This document shows positions 25,580-35,207 of a stretch of 42,058 bases of DNA, piece after piece. The stretch spans positions 1-42,058 of the forward strand of contig JAHFLJ010000003.1 of assembly GCA_023244935.1 (NCBI GenBank), in the 5' to 3' direction. The notes under the pieces are model-generated. The model was not told the DNA's origin, made no database searches, and worked only from the letters and a program-made list of their open reading frames with translations. Within the stretch, counting starts at the first letter, position 1. Each line of letters begins with the position of its first letter. The DNA comes from Candidatus Liptonbacteria bacterium (GTDB lineage: Bacteria; Patescibacteriota; Minisyncoccia; UBA6257; 2-01-FULL-56-20). A program made the position numbers and the translations under genes.

Positions 25580-26556
25580 AGTCCGGTAGCTATTTTCTTT
25601 AGGACATCTGCGGCTTCTTCGCAGGTTTTTGCTTTCATTAATTCCGTCCGTATTTCCTTTGCTCCGTCAAAACCGCTCAAGTATGCCTTAAAGTGTTTTT
25701 TCATTACATCAAATCTTTTTAGCTTTTTACCGTCATAAAAATATAATTGTTCGAATAGTTTAATATGCTCGGACAGGATTTTAATTTTTTGTTTTGGCGT
25801 TTGATTGTCTTCTCCGCTAAAAAACCAAGGCTTTCCAAAAATTCCTCTGCCAATCATTATTCCATCTAAACCATATTTCCCGGCTTTTTCTTTTGCATCG
25901 GTAAGCGAAAAAACATCCCCATTCCCGATTATCAACGGCCGAGTTTTTTTGTCGGTGTGCCTTTCTACAAGTTCCATTATTTCCGGGAAGAGTTCCCATT
26001 GAGCCGGTACTTTTGACATTTCTTTCCTGGTGCGGACATGAATCGTTATCGCCGAAGGCTCAGCCATCAGTATCGCCGGAAGCCATGTTTTAAGTTCGTT
26101 AGAGCTATATCCTATTCTGGTTTTAACCGAAATCGGCATTCCGCCCGCTCCACGTTTTGCTTCCCGTATTATTTTTTGTGCCAATCCAGGATTCTTTATA
26201 AGGGCCGCCCCGGCGCCTTGTTTTTCTATTGATTTATCCGGACAGCCCATGTTTATATCCAAGCCATTGAATCCCATATTTTTTATTAATTTCGCGCATT
26301 TATAAAAATTTTCCGGCGTCGAACTAAAAAGCTGAGCGACTATAGGTCGTTGATTATCTGAGAACCATAAATCAGGCAAAAGTTTTTCTCTGCCCCTAGA
26401 AAGCAATCCGTCGCAGGATACAAATTCAGTCCAGAGAATGTCCGGCTTACCGTATCTTGTAACCATCTCACGCATAGCCATATCGGTAACATCTGCCATT
26501 GGCGCCAGAGCGAAGAACGGTTTATTAAGTTTTTTCCAAAACCCCTTAACTGCCAT
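25576..26556 (-). CDS. dus: tRNA-dihydrouridine synthase (Dus family)
   Basis: LAPMADVTD, DINMGCP, SVKTRIG, H.RT, GNGDV, MIGRG; start moved to ATG 26556. Confidence 0.93.
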   Translation of the reverse strand: MAVKGFWKKLNKPFFALAPMADVTDMAMREMVTRYGKPDILWTEFVSCDGLLSRGREKLLPDLWFSDNQRPIVAQLFSSTPENFYKCAKLIKNMGFNGLDINMGCPDKSIEKQGAGAALIKNPGLAQKIIREAKRGAGGMPISVKTRIGYSSNELKTWLPAILMAEPSAITIHVRTRKEMSKVPAQWELFPEIMELVERHTDKKTRPLIIGNGDVFSLTDAKEKAGKYGLDGIMIGRGIFGKPWFFSGEDNQTPKQKIKILSEHIKLFEQLYFYDGKKLKRFDVMKKHFKAYLSGFDGAKEIRTELMKAKTCEEAADVLKKIATGL

Positions 26557-26651
26557 CCCTAAAAGATATCCTCTGGCAAAGAGCTTTGCAACCTGATATG
26601 ATATTGCCATCGAATTTCTCAAAAAAAACCATAAACGGTTAATTTTGTCGT

Positions 26652-27350
26652 ATGAACGCAGTGCTCGCAAAAAAAGAATTGCATAATTGCATAAAAAGAG
26701 GTAAAGCGGAAACACTCGCCAGGTTTTTTAAGACCGGTAAAGGGGAGTATGGAGAAGGTGATTTATTTCTTGGGGTTATGGTCCCGGAAATTCGCAAGGT
26801 CGCCAAGGCCTTTAGGGCAATTAGTTTTAGCGAAATCAAGAAATTACTCGATTCTAAATATCACGAAGAACGTTTGTTGGGAGTTTTGATTTTGGTTGAG
26901 AATTTTGTGACGGGCACTGAAATTGAGAAGGAAAGAATCTACAGGTTTTATATTAAAAATATTAAGAGAGTCAACAACTGGGATCTGGTTGATCTTTCCG
27001 CCCCAAAAATCGTTGGTGGGTATTTAAATAAGAAGGATAAAAAAGAATTGGTAAGGCTCGCTAAGTCCAAGAATGTTTGGGAAAGAAGAATTTCGATTCT
27101 CGCCACATTGTTTTTTATTTCCAAAAATAATTTTACCGAAACCATAAAAATTTCCGAGATACTTTTAAATGACGAACATGAGCTAATCCATAAGGCAGTG
27201 GGCTGGATGCTCCGAGAAGTTGGGAAGAGGTCATTCTCGACGGAGGAAGATTTTTTGGCGAAAAATCATCTTAAAATGCCGAGAACGATGTTGCGATATG
27301 CCATCGAAAGATTTCCTGAACATAAGCGTTGCAAATATCTAAAAAGATAA
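26652..27350 (+). CDS. DNA alkylation repair protein (AlkD-like HEAT repeat)
   Basis: FFKTGKGEYGEGD.FLG, NNWDLVD, WERR, KAVGWMLRE.GK, MPRTMLRYAIE. Confidence 0.9.
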   Translation: MNAVLAKKELHNCIKRGKAETLARFFKTGKGEYGEGDLFLGVMVPEIRKVAKAFRAISFSEIKKLLDSKYHEERLLGVLILVENFVTGTEIEKERIYRFYIKNIKRVNNWDLVDLSAPKIVGGYLNKKDKKELVRLAKSKNVWERRISILATLFFISKNNFTETIKISEILLNDEHELIHKAVGWMLREVGKRSFSTEEDFLAKNHLKMPRTMLRYAIERFPEHKRCKYLKR

Positions 27351-27442
27351 ATCCCGTAGTAGATCTGGCACACCGGAATTCAGATATTTTCTCAGAGAGA
27401 AAATATAAGTACCAGATTCACTGTCGGATAAAAAATCCTAGT

Positions 27443-28546
27443 TTAAAAAGAATTCTCAATCACAAAAACATTAAGAGGCACGGACACAAACGGGCTATAG
27501 CGCATTTCGCTATAGGCGCGAATCAATCCTTTAATTGTTGCTATAAATTTTTTGGTGTCAGCCACAACAACCAGTTTTTTCATTGCAGAAATTTCTTCGG
27601 TTGTTAATTCGCTCGAAAAATTTTCTTCAAGTGAAGTATTCAAAGATATCGCTAAAGATTTTTCAAGGTAGCGAATCAAATCTTTAACAACTTGATTGAG
27701 ATTTAGTCCTTCTTCTTCTATATCTTTAATAAAACGTAAAGAATCCGAAGCATTCCCTTTAAGCAGTAGCTCGGCAAGCATCTGAACTTTTTTTGCGGAT
27801 GCTCTCCCGACAACTTCTTCCGCAAGATCTACGGTTATTCTTTCGGACAACGAACTAATTTGCTCCAATAGCGACTCGGCATCCCGGAGAGATCCATCGG
27901 CGGCCGCGGCAATTACCTCAATGGCTGAATCGTCAATCTTGATTTTTTCTTCTTTGGCAATGCGGGAAATTTTTTCAATAATATTAATTTTGGAAATTTT
28001 TTTAAATAAAAATCTTTGAGTTCGCGAAGTTATTGTTGCCGGAACTTTTTCAAATTCGGTGGTCGCCAGGATAAATACGGCATGCGCCGGCGGTTCTTCT
28101 ATTGTTTTAAGTAACGCGTTGAATGCCGCACCGGTCAGCATGTGGGCTTCGTCAATAATATAAATTTTATATCCGCCACGCGCCGGAGCGGTTCGCGCTC
28201 CTTCCTTTAAATTTCTAATTTCATCAATCCCACGATTAGAAGCCGCATCTATTTCTACGACATCCAGGGAATTATTATTGTCTACTTCTAGGCAGGCTGA
28301 ACACTGATTGCAAGGCTCTCCAACTTTTCGGAATTCTGGATCAGCCTTCCTTTTTTCACAGTTTAAAAGTTTGGCAACCAGTCTTGCCGTTGTGGTTTTC
28401 CCGGTTCCGCGGGGTCCATAAAAAAGATAGGCCTGCCCGATTTTATTTAATTTCGCGGCATTTTTTAGTACGTCAACGTTGGCTTGGTGTCCAAGTAGCG
28501 ATGAAAGTTCTTTCGGACGGTATTTTCGATAGAGTGCTTGTGCCAT
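27443..28546 (-). CDS. dnaX: DNA polymerase III subunit gamma/tau
   Basis: LYRKYRP, GPRGTGKTT, EIDAASNRGIDE, IIDEAHML, TI.SR.Q. Confidence 0.96.
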   Translation of the reverse strand: MAQALYRKYRPKELSSLLGHQANVDVLKNAAKLNKIGQAYLFYGPRGTGKTTTARLVAKLLNCEKRKADPEFRKVGEPCNQCSACLEVDNNNSLDVVEIDAASNRGIDEIRNLKEGARTAPARGGYKIYIIDEAHMLTGAAFNALLKTIEEPPAHAVFILATTEFEKVPATITSRTQRFLFKKISKINIIEKISRIAKEEKIKIDDSAIEVIAAAADGSLRDAESLLEQISSLSERITVDLAEEVVGRASAKKVQMLAELLLKGNASDSLRFIKDIEEEGLNLNQVVKDLIRYLEKSLAISLNTSLEENFSSELTTEEISAMKKLVVVADTKKFIATIKGLIRAYSEMRYSPFVSVPLNVFVIENSF

Positions 28547-28610
28547 TTCAGTTGTAATTCTACATTATGTTCTTGCTGTATTCCAGGGATACGTAGTATA
28601 TTTATAAAAC

Positions 28611-29897
28611 ATGCGAAAAGCTTTATTTCTTCTGGTAATAGTAACGGTAGCCGGAGTTGCGTTATTTCTTTCTAATACCTCGGTTTTTGTCCCGGAAAAA
28701 GCGGAATTAGCCGGAGCCGGCGCCATCTCCGGAGAATCCGAGAGTAAGTCGACTACCACCTCGTCCACCGACGAGTCAACCGCTACGGCCACATCTACAT
28801 CCATTTCAAATACCGGTAACGGAAAAGTGCCGATATTTGTTGCCGGCGAAAAATTATCTAATCCTCCGGAAGAGGTTAAGGCTGTTTATCTTTCGGGATG
28901 GTCGGCCGGCTCTACGAAGAAAGTTCAAAGCACGATAGATTTAATCAAACGCACCGAGCTTAATGCTGTGGTAGTCGATATTAAGGATTATTCCGGTCTA
29001 GTTTCTTACTACATGGATATTCCGTTGATTAAAGAATCCGGAGCAGACCAGGAGATAAGAATTGCAAACCCCGGGGAGATGCTGAGAAAATTTCATGAGG
29101 CCGGAATTTACGTTATCGGTAGAATTACCGTTTTCCAAGATCCGATACTGGCTAAATATAAATCCGAATGGGCTATGAAGAATAAAACTACCGGCAAGGT
29201 TTGGACCGATAGTAAGGGATTGGCCTGGATGGATCCGGCGGGTTCAGGAACATGGGATTATATAATTTCAATCGCCAAAGACGCCACTGCACGCGGATTT
29301 GACGAGATAAATTTTGATTATATTCGTTTTGCTTCCGATGGAAAACTCTCAAATATCTCCTATCCATATTGGGATGAAGTCACCCCACGTTCAAAAGTCA
29401 TAACTAAGTTTTATGAATATTTAAGGGAAAAACTTTCCGGCATAAAAATTTCCGCGGACCTTTTTGGATTAGCTACGGTTAATAATGATGATCTTGGAAT
29501 CGGTCAGGTTATTCAAGACGCTTATAGGAATTTTGATTATATTGCTCCGATGGTCTATCCATCTCATTACGCCTCCGGGTTTATTGGCTTTAAAAATCCC
29601 GCCGAGCACCCATATGAAGTTATGAAATATTCGTTGGATAGGGCGCTTAGTAAATGGTTGTATGTCGCTGAAGGATCAAGCTCTACACCGGCGATTCCCA
29701 AAGAAAAACTTGGCAAGCTTCGTCCTTGGATTCAAGATTTTAATATGGGTGCAACCTATGACGGGGCAATGATAAGAAAAGAGTTCCAAGCCGTTTACGA
29801 TAGTTTACAGAATTCAACGACCAGCTACACATATTCTGGTTGGATGATTTGGGATGCAAGCAATACATACACAGAGTCAGCTTTAAATAAAGAATAA
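28611..29897 (+). CDS. Membrane-anchored putative glycoside hydrolase (DUF4015-like TIM barrel)
   Basis: N-terminal TM and Ser/Thr linker; NAVVVDIKD, RI.VFQDP, GFDEINFDYIRF, PMVYPSHY, RPWIQDF. Confidence 0.82.
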   Translation: MRKALFLLVIVTVAGVALFLSNTSVFVPEKAELAGAGAISGESESKSTTTSSTDESTATATSTSISNTGNGKVPIFVAGEKLSNPPEEVKAVYLSGWSAGSTKKVQSTIDLIKRTELNAVVVDIKDYSGLVSYYMDIPLIKESGADQEIRIANPGEMLRKFHEAGIYVIGRITVFQDPILAKYKSEWAMKNKTTGKVWTDSKGLAWMDPAGSGTWDYIISIAKDATARGFDEINFDYIRFASDGKLSNISYPYWDEVTPRSKVITKFYEYLREKLSGIKISADLFGLATVNNDDLGIGQVIQDAYRNFDYIAPMVYPSHYASGFIGFKNPAEHPYEVMKYSLDRALSKWLYVAEGSSSTPAIPKEKLGKLRPWIQDFNMGATYDGAMIRKEFQAVYDSLQNSTTSYTYSGWMIWDASNTYTESALNKE

Positions 29898-31255
29898 TGT
29901 TAAAAAGACCGGTTCCTTTATATTTAAGTCTTATACTATTTTTTGTATTATTTTCCGGTTTTGTCGCGGGGGTTTTTGTATTCCGAGATAAAATTTACAG
30001 TTACAGCTCGGCGCTTCAAGGAGAAAGGGATTATGAAGCCGGAGACTTTAAATTCGGGACTTGGCCGGAACTTAAAGACCGCAATTTTTTTCAAGAAGTT
30101 GAACGAGGGCTGGTTGAGAGTAAGGCTGATTTTATCGAAGCCGATCTGACAAGCAAGGTTTTGAAAGTATATTTACTGGGAGTTCCGGTAAAGGAGTTTC
30201 CTATACTTGCAATCGGAAAAAAAGGTTCATGGTGGGAGACCCCTGCGGGTCTTTATCGAATTGACGTTAAAGAAAAGAGCCACTTTTCAAGTTTCGGGGA
30301 GGTTTATCAGCCATGGAGCATGTCTTTCCAGGGGAACTTTTTTATACACGGCTGGCCGTATTATCCTGACGGCACAGAGGTTGTTTCGACATATTCCGGC
30401 GGATGCATTCGTTTAAATACCGAAGACGCCAAACAGGTTTATGAACTATCTTCTCGTGGCATGCCGGTTTTGGTATATGAGAGCGGTTTTGAGCAAGATA
30501 GTTTCTCGTATAAATATAATATTCCGGATATATCGGCGACAAACTATTTGGCCGCCGACTTAAAGAGTAACTATGTTTTTCTAAAAAAAGACTCGGCGCG
30601 GCAGATGCCGGTGGCATCCCTCACTAAATTGCTTACCGCGCTTACGGTCAGCGAATATTTGAATTTGGAAAATATGTTGACGGTGCGAGATTCGGATATC
30701 GCCTCGACTTCGGTCCCTCGATTAAAGAGTGGCGAGACGATTAAAGCTATGGATTTATTTTATCCGCTACTGATGGAATCCTCCAACGAAGCCGCGCTTT
30801 TATTGTCGCGCGTCGTAGGTAATGATAGGTTTATGGATTTGTTGAATTCCAAAGCACTCGCGCTCGGTATGGACGGCTCAAAATTCTCCGACCCGACGGG
30901 AGTCTCTTCGGAAAACGTAGCTTCGGCGGAAAATATTTTTAGGCTTTCCAAATTTTTATACAATAATAAAAGTTTTGTATTAAAAGTTTCCGCGACCGCT
31001 CCGGATTATGTCGGCATACCAAAAAGGTTTAAAAAAATAAGTAATTTTAATTTAATCGATGGAATTGACGGTTTCTTTAGTGGTAAAGTAGGCAAGAGCA
31101 GTTCGGCAGGGGAGACGATGGTCTCAATATTCGAGTTCAAATTTAATGAAGAAGTTCGGCCGGTGGCGATTATCGTGCTAAATTCTACGGATTCTAAAGC
31201 GGATACTCTAAAGATTGCGACTTACATAAAAAATAGCTATGTCTCGGCAAATTAA
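29897..31255 (+). CDS. L,D-transpeptidase (YkuD) domain fused to peptidase S11 (D-Ala-D-Ala carboxypeptidase-like) domain
   Basis: ETPAG.Y, FFIHG...SGGCIRL (YkuD His/Cys); ASLTKL (SxxK), SSN (SxN), KVG in place of KTG. Confidence 0.85.
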   Translation: MLKRPVPLYLSLILFFVLFSGFVAGVFVFRDKIYSYSSALQGERDYEAGDFKFGTWPELKDRNFFQEVERGLVESKADFIEADLTSKVLKVYLLGVPVKEFPILAIGKKGSWWETPAGLYRIDVKEKSHFSSFGEVYQPWSMSFQGNFFIHGWPYYPDGTEVVSTYSGGCIRLNTEDAKQVYELSSRGMPVLVYESGFEQDSFSYKYNIPDISATNYLAADLKSNYVFLKKDSARQMPVASLTKLLTALTVSEYLNLENMLTVRDSDIASTSVPRLKSGETIKAMDLFYPLLMESSNEAALLLSRVVGNDRFMDLLNSKALALGMDGSKFSDPTGVSSENVASAENIFRLSKFLYNNKSFVLKVSATAPDYVGIPKRFKKISNFNLIDGIDGFFSGKVGKSSSAGETMVSIFEFKFNEEVRPVAIIVLNSTDSKADTLKIATYIKNSYVSAN

Positions 31256-31270
31256 GTATTATTAGAATAT

Positions 31271-31990
31271 ATGGCCTACGAAGTTAAATTATCTAAATTT
31301 CAGGGACCGCTGGAAAAATTACTGGAGCTTATCGAAGATAAAAAGCTTCAGATTAATGAAATTAGTTTAGCCGTGGTTACTAATGACTTTCTTAAATATC
31401 TCGAGGAATCCAAACCGGATTATGGAGTTTTGGCGGATTTTGTTTCAATAGCCAGCCGTCTAATTTTAGTTAAATCAAAATCGCTTCTTCCGGGAATGGA
31501 GTTGACCGAAGAGGAAGAGGTGGATATTAAAGACCTTGCTCAGCGATTGGAGCTCTATAAAGAGTTTAAAGTGGCCCGTGGACATTTTGAAGCTTTGTGG
31601 AAATCCAAAGAATCTTCGTATTCTCGGGTTTATATGGGGTCCCTCGATTCGGTTAAGGTCTTCTACCCGGGAAGCAAAGTCACTAAGGAGAATCTTCTGG
31701 AATCGACTCAAAGAATCTTTGAAAGTCTGGAAAAAATATCCAAAGAGACGGAAACAATCAAGGAAAAGATTGTTTCCCTGGAAGATAAAATTAAGGAGGT
31801 TGTTGCCAGAGTTAAAGACCTCGGGGAGACAAGTCTAAATAAACTCTCGGAGACAAAAACTAAGGCTGAAATCGTAGTAATTTTTTTGGCGATTCTGCAT
31901 TTGGCCAGAGAGCAACTTATCCATTTGGAGCAAGAGAGTCATTTTTCTGATATAATGATAAAACATCAAGGCGCGCAGGCGACTAATTAG
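31271..31990 (+). CDS. scpA: Segregation and condensation protein A
   Basis: FQGPLEKLLELI, L..KS..LLP, FLAILHL...Q...F.DI. Confidence 0.92.
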   Translation: MAYEVKLSKFQGPLEKLLELIEDKKLQINEISLAVVTNDFLKYLEESKPDYGVLADFVSIASRLILVKSKSLLPGMELTEEEEVDIKDLAQRLELYKEFKVARGHFEALWKSKESSYSRVYMGSLDSVKVFYPGSKVTKENLLESTQRIFESLEKISKETETIKEKIVSLEDKIKEVVARVKDLGETSLNKLSETKTKAEIVVIFLAILHLAREQLIHLEQESHFSDIMIKHQGAQATN

Positions 31991-31997
31991 TTTATAT

Positions 31998-32567
31998 ATG
32001 AACGAAGAAGATAAAAACAAAAAATTATCCGCGCTAGAAGCATTGCTTTTTATCCATGGCGAGCCGATTTCGATTTCTAAAATTTCGTCCGGGCTTGGGT
32101 TAGAGTTAAGCGAGGCGGAAGAACTGGTCAATATATTTTCGGAATCGCTCATGGTAGAGAGCAGAGGACTAAATATAGTAAAAATTGGGGATCGAGTTCA
32201 ATTAGCAACCAAGCCGGAAATCAACCCGGCTTTGGAGAATTTTGTTAAAAGCGAGTTAAGCGAAGAACTTACACCGGCGAGCTTAGAGGTTCTTTCGCTA
32301 GTTTCTTATTTGGGACCGATATCCAGAAGCAAAATAGAATATCTGCGTGGCGTAAACTCAAGTTTCACGTTAAGATCTCTTTTGATGCGAGGGCTGGTTG
32401 ATAGGATTCCCGACCCAAATAGCTCCATAGCTTATCTTTATCGACCGACGTTTGAGCTTCTGAAGCATCTCGGTTTAACTTCGCCGGAGGAAATGCCCGA
32501 ATATGAAAAGTTTCGTGATTTGTTGGTCAATGGACCAATCTCTATCCCAACTCCACCAAGCACTTAA
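31998..32567 (+). CDS. scpB: Segregation and condensation protein B
   Basis: LEALLF..GEP, LT.ASLEVL..V.Y.GP.SR..IE..RGVNS. Confidence 0.93.
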   Translation: MNEEDKNKKLSALEALLFIHGEPISISKISSGLGLELSEAEELVNIFSESLMVESRGLNIVKIGDRVQLATKPEINPALENFVKSELSEELTPASLEVLSLVSYLGPISRSKIEYLRGVNSSFTLRSLLMRGLVDRIPDPNSSIAYLYRPTFELLKHLGLTSPEEMPEYEKFRDLLVNGPISIPTPPST

Positions 32568-32568
32568 A

Positions 32569-33567
32569 ATGAATTTTTTTTCTAAATACAATTTACAAAT
32601 ACTTGTTGTTCTTGCCGTCGCGGTTATTTTTGTTTTCGGTCCAAAAGGATTCGCGGAGAAAAAACAAGTTGCCAGCGTCGAATCGGTTTTTGTCGATAAA
32701 ACTGTCTTGTCGAATACCGATGCCGTCGCGGTTGGAGAGAATATGCCAATTTTTGAGCTGAAAAACGGAGAGAATTCTTCTTTGGGCGCAGGAGCGTATT
32801 TACCATCCAAAATTTTTACCGAGATCCAGAACAATCCGAGACTTGAAACGGAAGTTCCTAATGTATTAGTCGCCGATCTTATGACCTCCGAAAAATATTT
32901 CGAAAAAAATATAAATAAACGATGGCCAATCGCCTCGCTTACGAAGTTAATGACCGGATATATTGCTTTTGAAAAGTTGAATATGGCCGACACGGTTATT
33001 TTGAAAAAAGAAGACATAGACATTAACGAATCCGAAATTTTTTCTGAAGGTGACAGTTATTCCGTAAAGGATTTGGTTCGGGTGATGTTAATATCCTCTC
33101 GGAATACGGCCGCAAACGCGCTTGCAAATTATTTTGGAAGATCCGCCTTCCTTGAGCTTATGAATAGTAATGCCAAAGAGTGGGGGATGAGTGATACTAA
33201 TTTTGAAGACCCAAGCGGGCTCTCCGTCGCCAATCAATCAACCGCCATGGACCTGCTGAAGTTGTCGCAGGTTATAACTAAAGATTATCCGGACATTTGG
33301 AAGATCACTGAAAATACCAAGGTCTCCATAAAAGAACTGACGACCAAGAGAATATTAACTTCCAATAGCACTAATCAATTTACGGAGAGGAGCGATTTCT
33401 TTGGAGGCAAAACCGGATACATACCCGCCTCCGATGGCAATTTACTTTCTGTCTTCTTGTATCAAAAGCGGACAATTGTTATTATTACGTTAGGAAGCCA
33501 AGATCGATTTGGCGATACAGAAAAAATATTTAACTGGTTTATAAATGGTTTTAGAACAAGCAATTAG
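32569..33567 (+). CDS. D-alanyl-D-alanine carboxypeptidase (peptidase S11)
   Basis: ASLTKLM, SRN, GKTGY motifs; N-terminal anchor; start moved to ATG 32569. Confidence 0.88.
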   Translation: MNFFSKYNLQILVVLAVAVIFVFGPKGFAEKKQVASVESVFVDKTVLSNTDAVAVGENMPIFELKNGENSSLGAGAYLPSKIFTEIQNNPRLETEVPNVLVADLMTSEKYFEKNINKRWPIASLTKLMTGYIAFEKLNMADTVILKKEDIDINESEIFSEGDSYSVKDLVRVMLISSRNTAANALANYFGRSAFLELMNSNAKEWGMSDTNFEDPSGLSVANQSTAMDLLKLSQVITKDYPDIWKITENTKVSIKELTTKRILTSNSTNQFTERSDFFGGKTGYIPASDGNLLSVFLYQKRTIVIITLGSQDRFGDTEKIFNWFINGFRTSN

Positions 33568-34594
33568 AGTAATAATCATAACCGCAATTTCTTTTATTTC
33601 CGCCATGGCGCTTACGCCACTCTGGCTACGATTACTTAGGAAATTTGGTTTTGGAAAACAGATTCGAACGTCCGAAGAAGCTCCTGTATATTCCAGCTTG
33701 CACAGCAAAAAAGAGGGGACGCCAACCGGTGGAGGAGTAATTGTTTGGGGAACAGTTTTAACGCTGGCGATAATTTTCTGGATATTCGGCGCATTATTTG
33801 GGGGTTTCTGGAAAGATTATAATTTTATCGATAGAGCTCAAACGTATTTGCCTCTTGCGGCAATGGTTATCGCGGCGTTAATCGGTTTCGCTGATGATTG
33901 GATGGGTGCCTTAAAAATCGGCGGTGGAAAAGGCGGAGGAATTAAGGTCAGGCATAAGTTGGTTATGTATGCGATAATCTCCGCAATTGGGGCGTGGTGG
34001 TTTTACTATAAGCTCGGGTTTGATACTCTATCCATTCCATTTTTTGGTTCAGTGGTCATCGGTTGGTGGTATATTCCGATTTTTATGTTTGTTATAATCG
34101 CCACGGCTTTTTCCGCCAACGAAACCGACGGGCTGGATGGTCTTTTGGGCGGGGTAGCGTTGTTTGCGTTTGTTGCGCTTACCGCGGTAGCTTTTGTCCT
34201 TGGTCGTTTTGAACTCGCCGCATTTTGCGGAGCATTAATCGGCAGTCTCCTGGCATTTTTATGGTTTAATATTTTTCCTGCTAAGTTCTTCATGGGGGAT
34301 ACCGGCTCAATGGCTCTGGGTATAACCTTAGGAGTCGTGGCTATGCTTACCGACACAACCTTGTTGTTGCCAATATTCGCGATAATAATGGTAATTGAGT
34401 CTCTATCCGTGATAATTCAGCTAACCAGTAAAAAAATACGAAAAGGCAAAAAAATCTTTCTTTCCACCCCTATTCATCACCATTTTGAAGCAATCGGCTG
34501 GCCGGAGTCCCAAATCACAATGCGTTTTTGGATTATCTCCGCGATATGTTCATCCTTGGCGCTCGTGATATTCTTTGTTTCTCGAGCACTCTAG
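33545..34594 (+). CDS. mraY: Phospho-N-acetylmuramoyl-pentapeptide transferase
   Basis: KEGTPTGGG, GFADD, NETDGLDGL, FMGDTGS, PIHHHFE. Confidence 0.96.
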   Translation: MVLEQAIRVIIITAISFISAMALTPLWLRLLRKFGFGKQIRTSEEAPVYSSLHSKKEGTPTGGGVIVWGTVLTLAIIFWIFGALFGGFWKDYNFIDRAQTYLPLAAMVIAALIGFADDWMGALKIGGGKGGGIKVRHKLVMYAIISAIGAWWFYYKLGFDTLSIPFFGSVVIGWWYIPIFMFVIIATAFSANETDGLDGLLGGVALFAFVALTAVAFVLGRFELAAFCGALIGSLLAFLWFNIFPAKFFMGDTGSMALGITLGVVAMLTDTTLLLPIFAIIMVIESLSVIIQLTSKKIRKGKKIFLSTPIHHHFEAIGWPESQITMRFWIISAICSSLALVIFFVSRAL

Positions 34595-34703
34595 CTTTTA
34601 AATATCCTTAATTTAATGACTAGGTCATCGGCTACGCTCCGGTAATTAGCGCGTTTTTTTAATAGTTTTATATTTTCCACATTTTTGGTATAATTATTTT
34701 ATT

Positions 34704-35207
34704 ATGAAATTGGTAGCAGAAACATGGAAAGTAGTTTTGGCCGTGGTCTTGGTTCAAGCGATTATAATCGCGTGGATAATAGTCTTTTGGCAGTATCGCG
34801 CGTATTTGCAAGCAAGGACTCTTGCGGAACTGACGATTGTTCTTCACGATGCCGAGCTTAAAACCTACGAGCGACAAGTGGTTGGAGATTTCGGCGGATC
34901 AATGCCTGCGGATACTTTAAATATGTATATCGGCGCTGTAGAAAGAGGTGACTACAAAGTGGCAAGCACGTATTTTGTTCGTAGTGCCAGACAACAAGAG
35001 CTACACAGATTCGTCGGCGCCGACATTATTGAGATTCGTGAATTTTCCGGACTCTTGAAGCAGGCCGGAACACTAATCACGGAAATTAGACCGGAGAGCG
35101 ATAGATTTGAAAACTCCTTTCCATTATCTTTCGTCATGAAACGAACCGACGGTGGTATCTGGCAGTTTGAAACAATCGACTATCAATTATCCAAAAAAAC
35201 ACAATGA
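34704..35207 (+). CDS. Membrane-anchored hypothetical protein
   Basis: N-terminal TM; GG..P..T..MYI.AVE.GDY..AS.YF pattern; own extended -10 upstream. Confidence 0.7.
   Translation: MKLVAETWKVVLAVVLVQAIIIAWIIVFWQYRAYLQARTLAELTIVLHDAELKTYERQVVGDFGGSMPADTLNMYIGAVERGDYKVASTYFVRSARQQELHRFVGADIIEIREFSGLLKQAGTLITEIRPESDRFENSFPLSFVMKRTDGGIWQFETIDYQLSKKTQ

Noticed and set aside
34605-34660. Possible sixth heptad element (TTTAATG ACTAGGT CATCGGC ... AATTAGC)
   Set aside because: Too short and degenerate to call with confidence.
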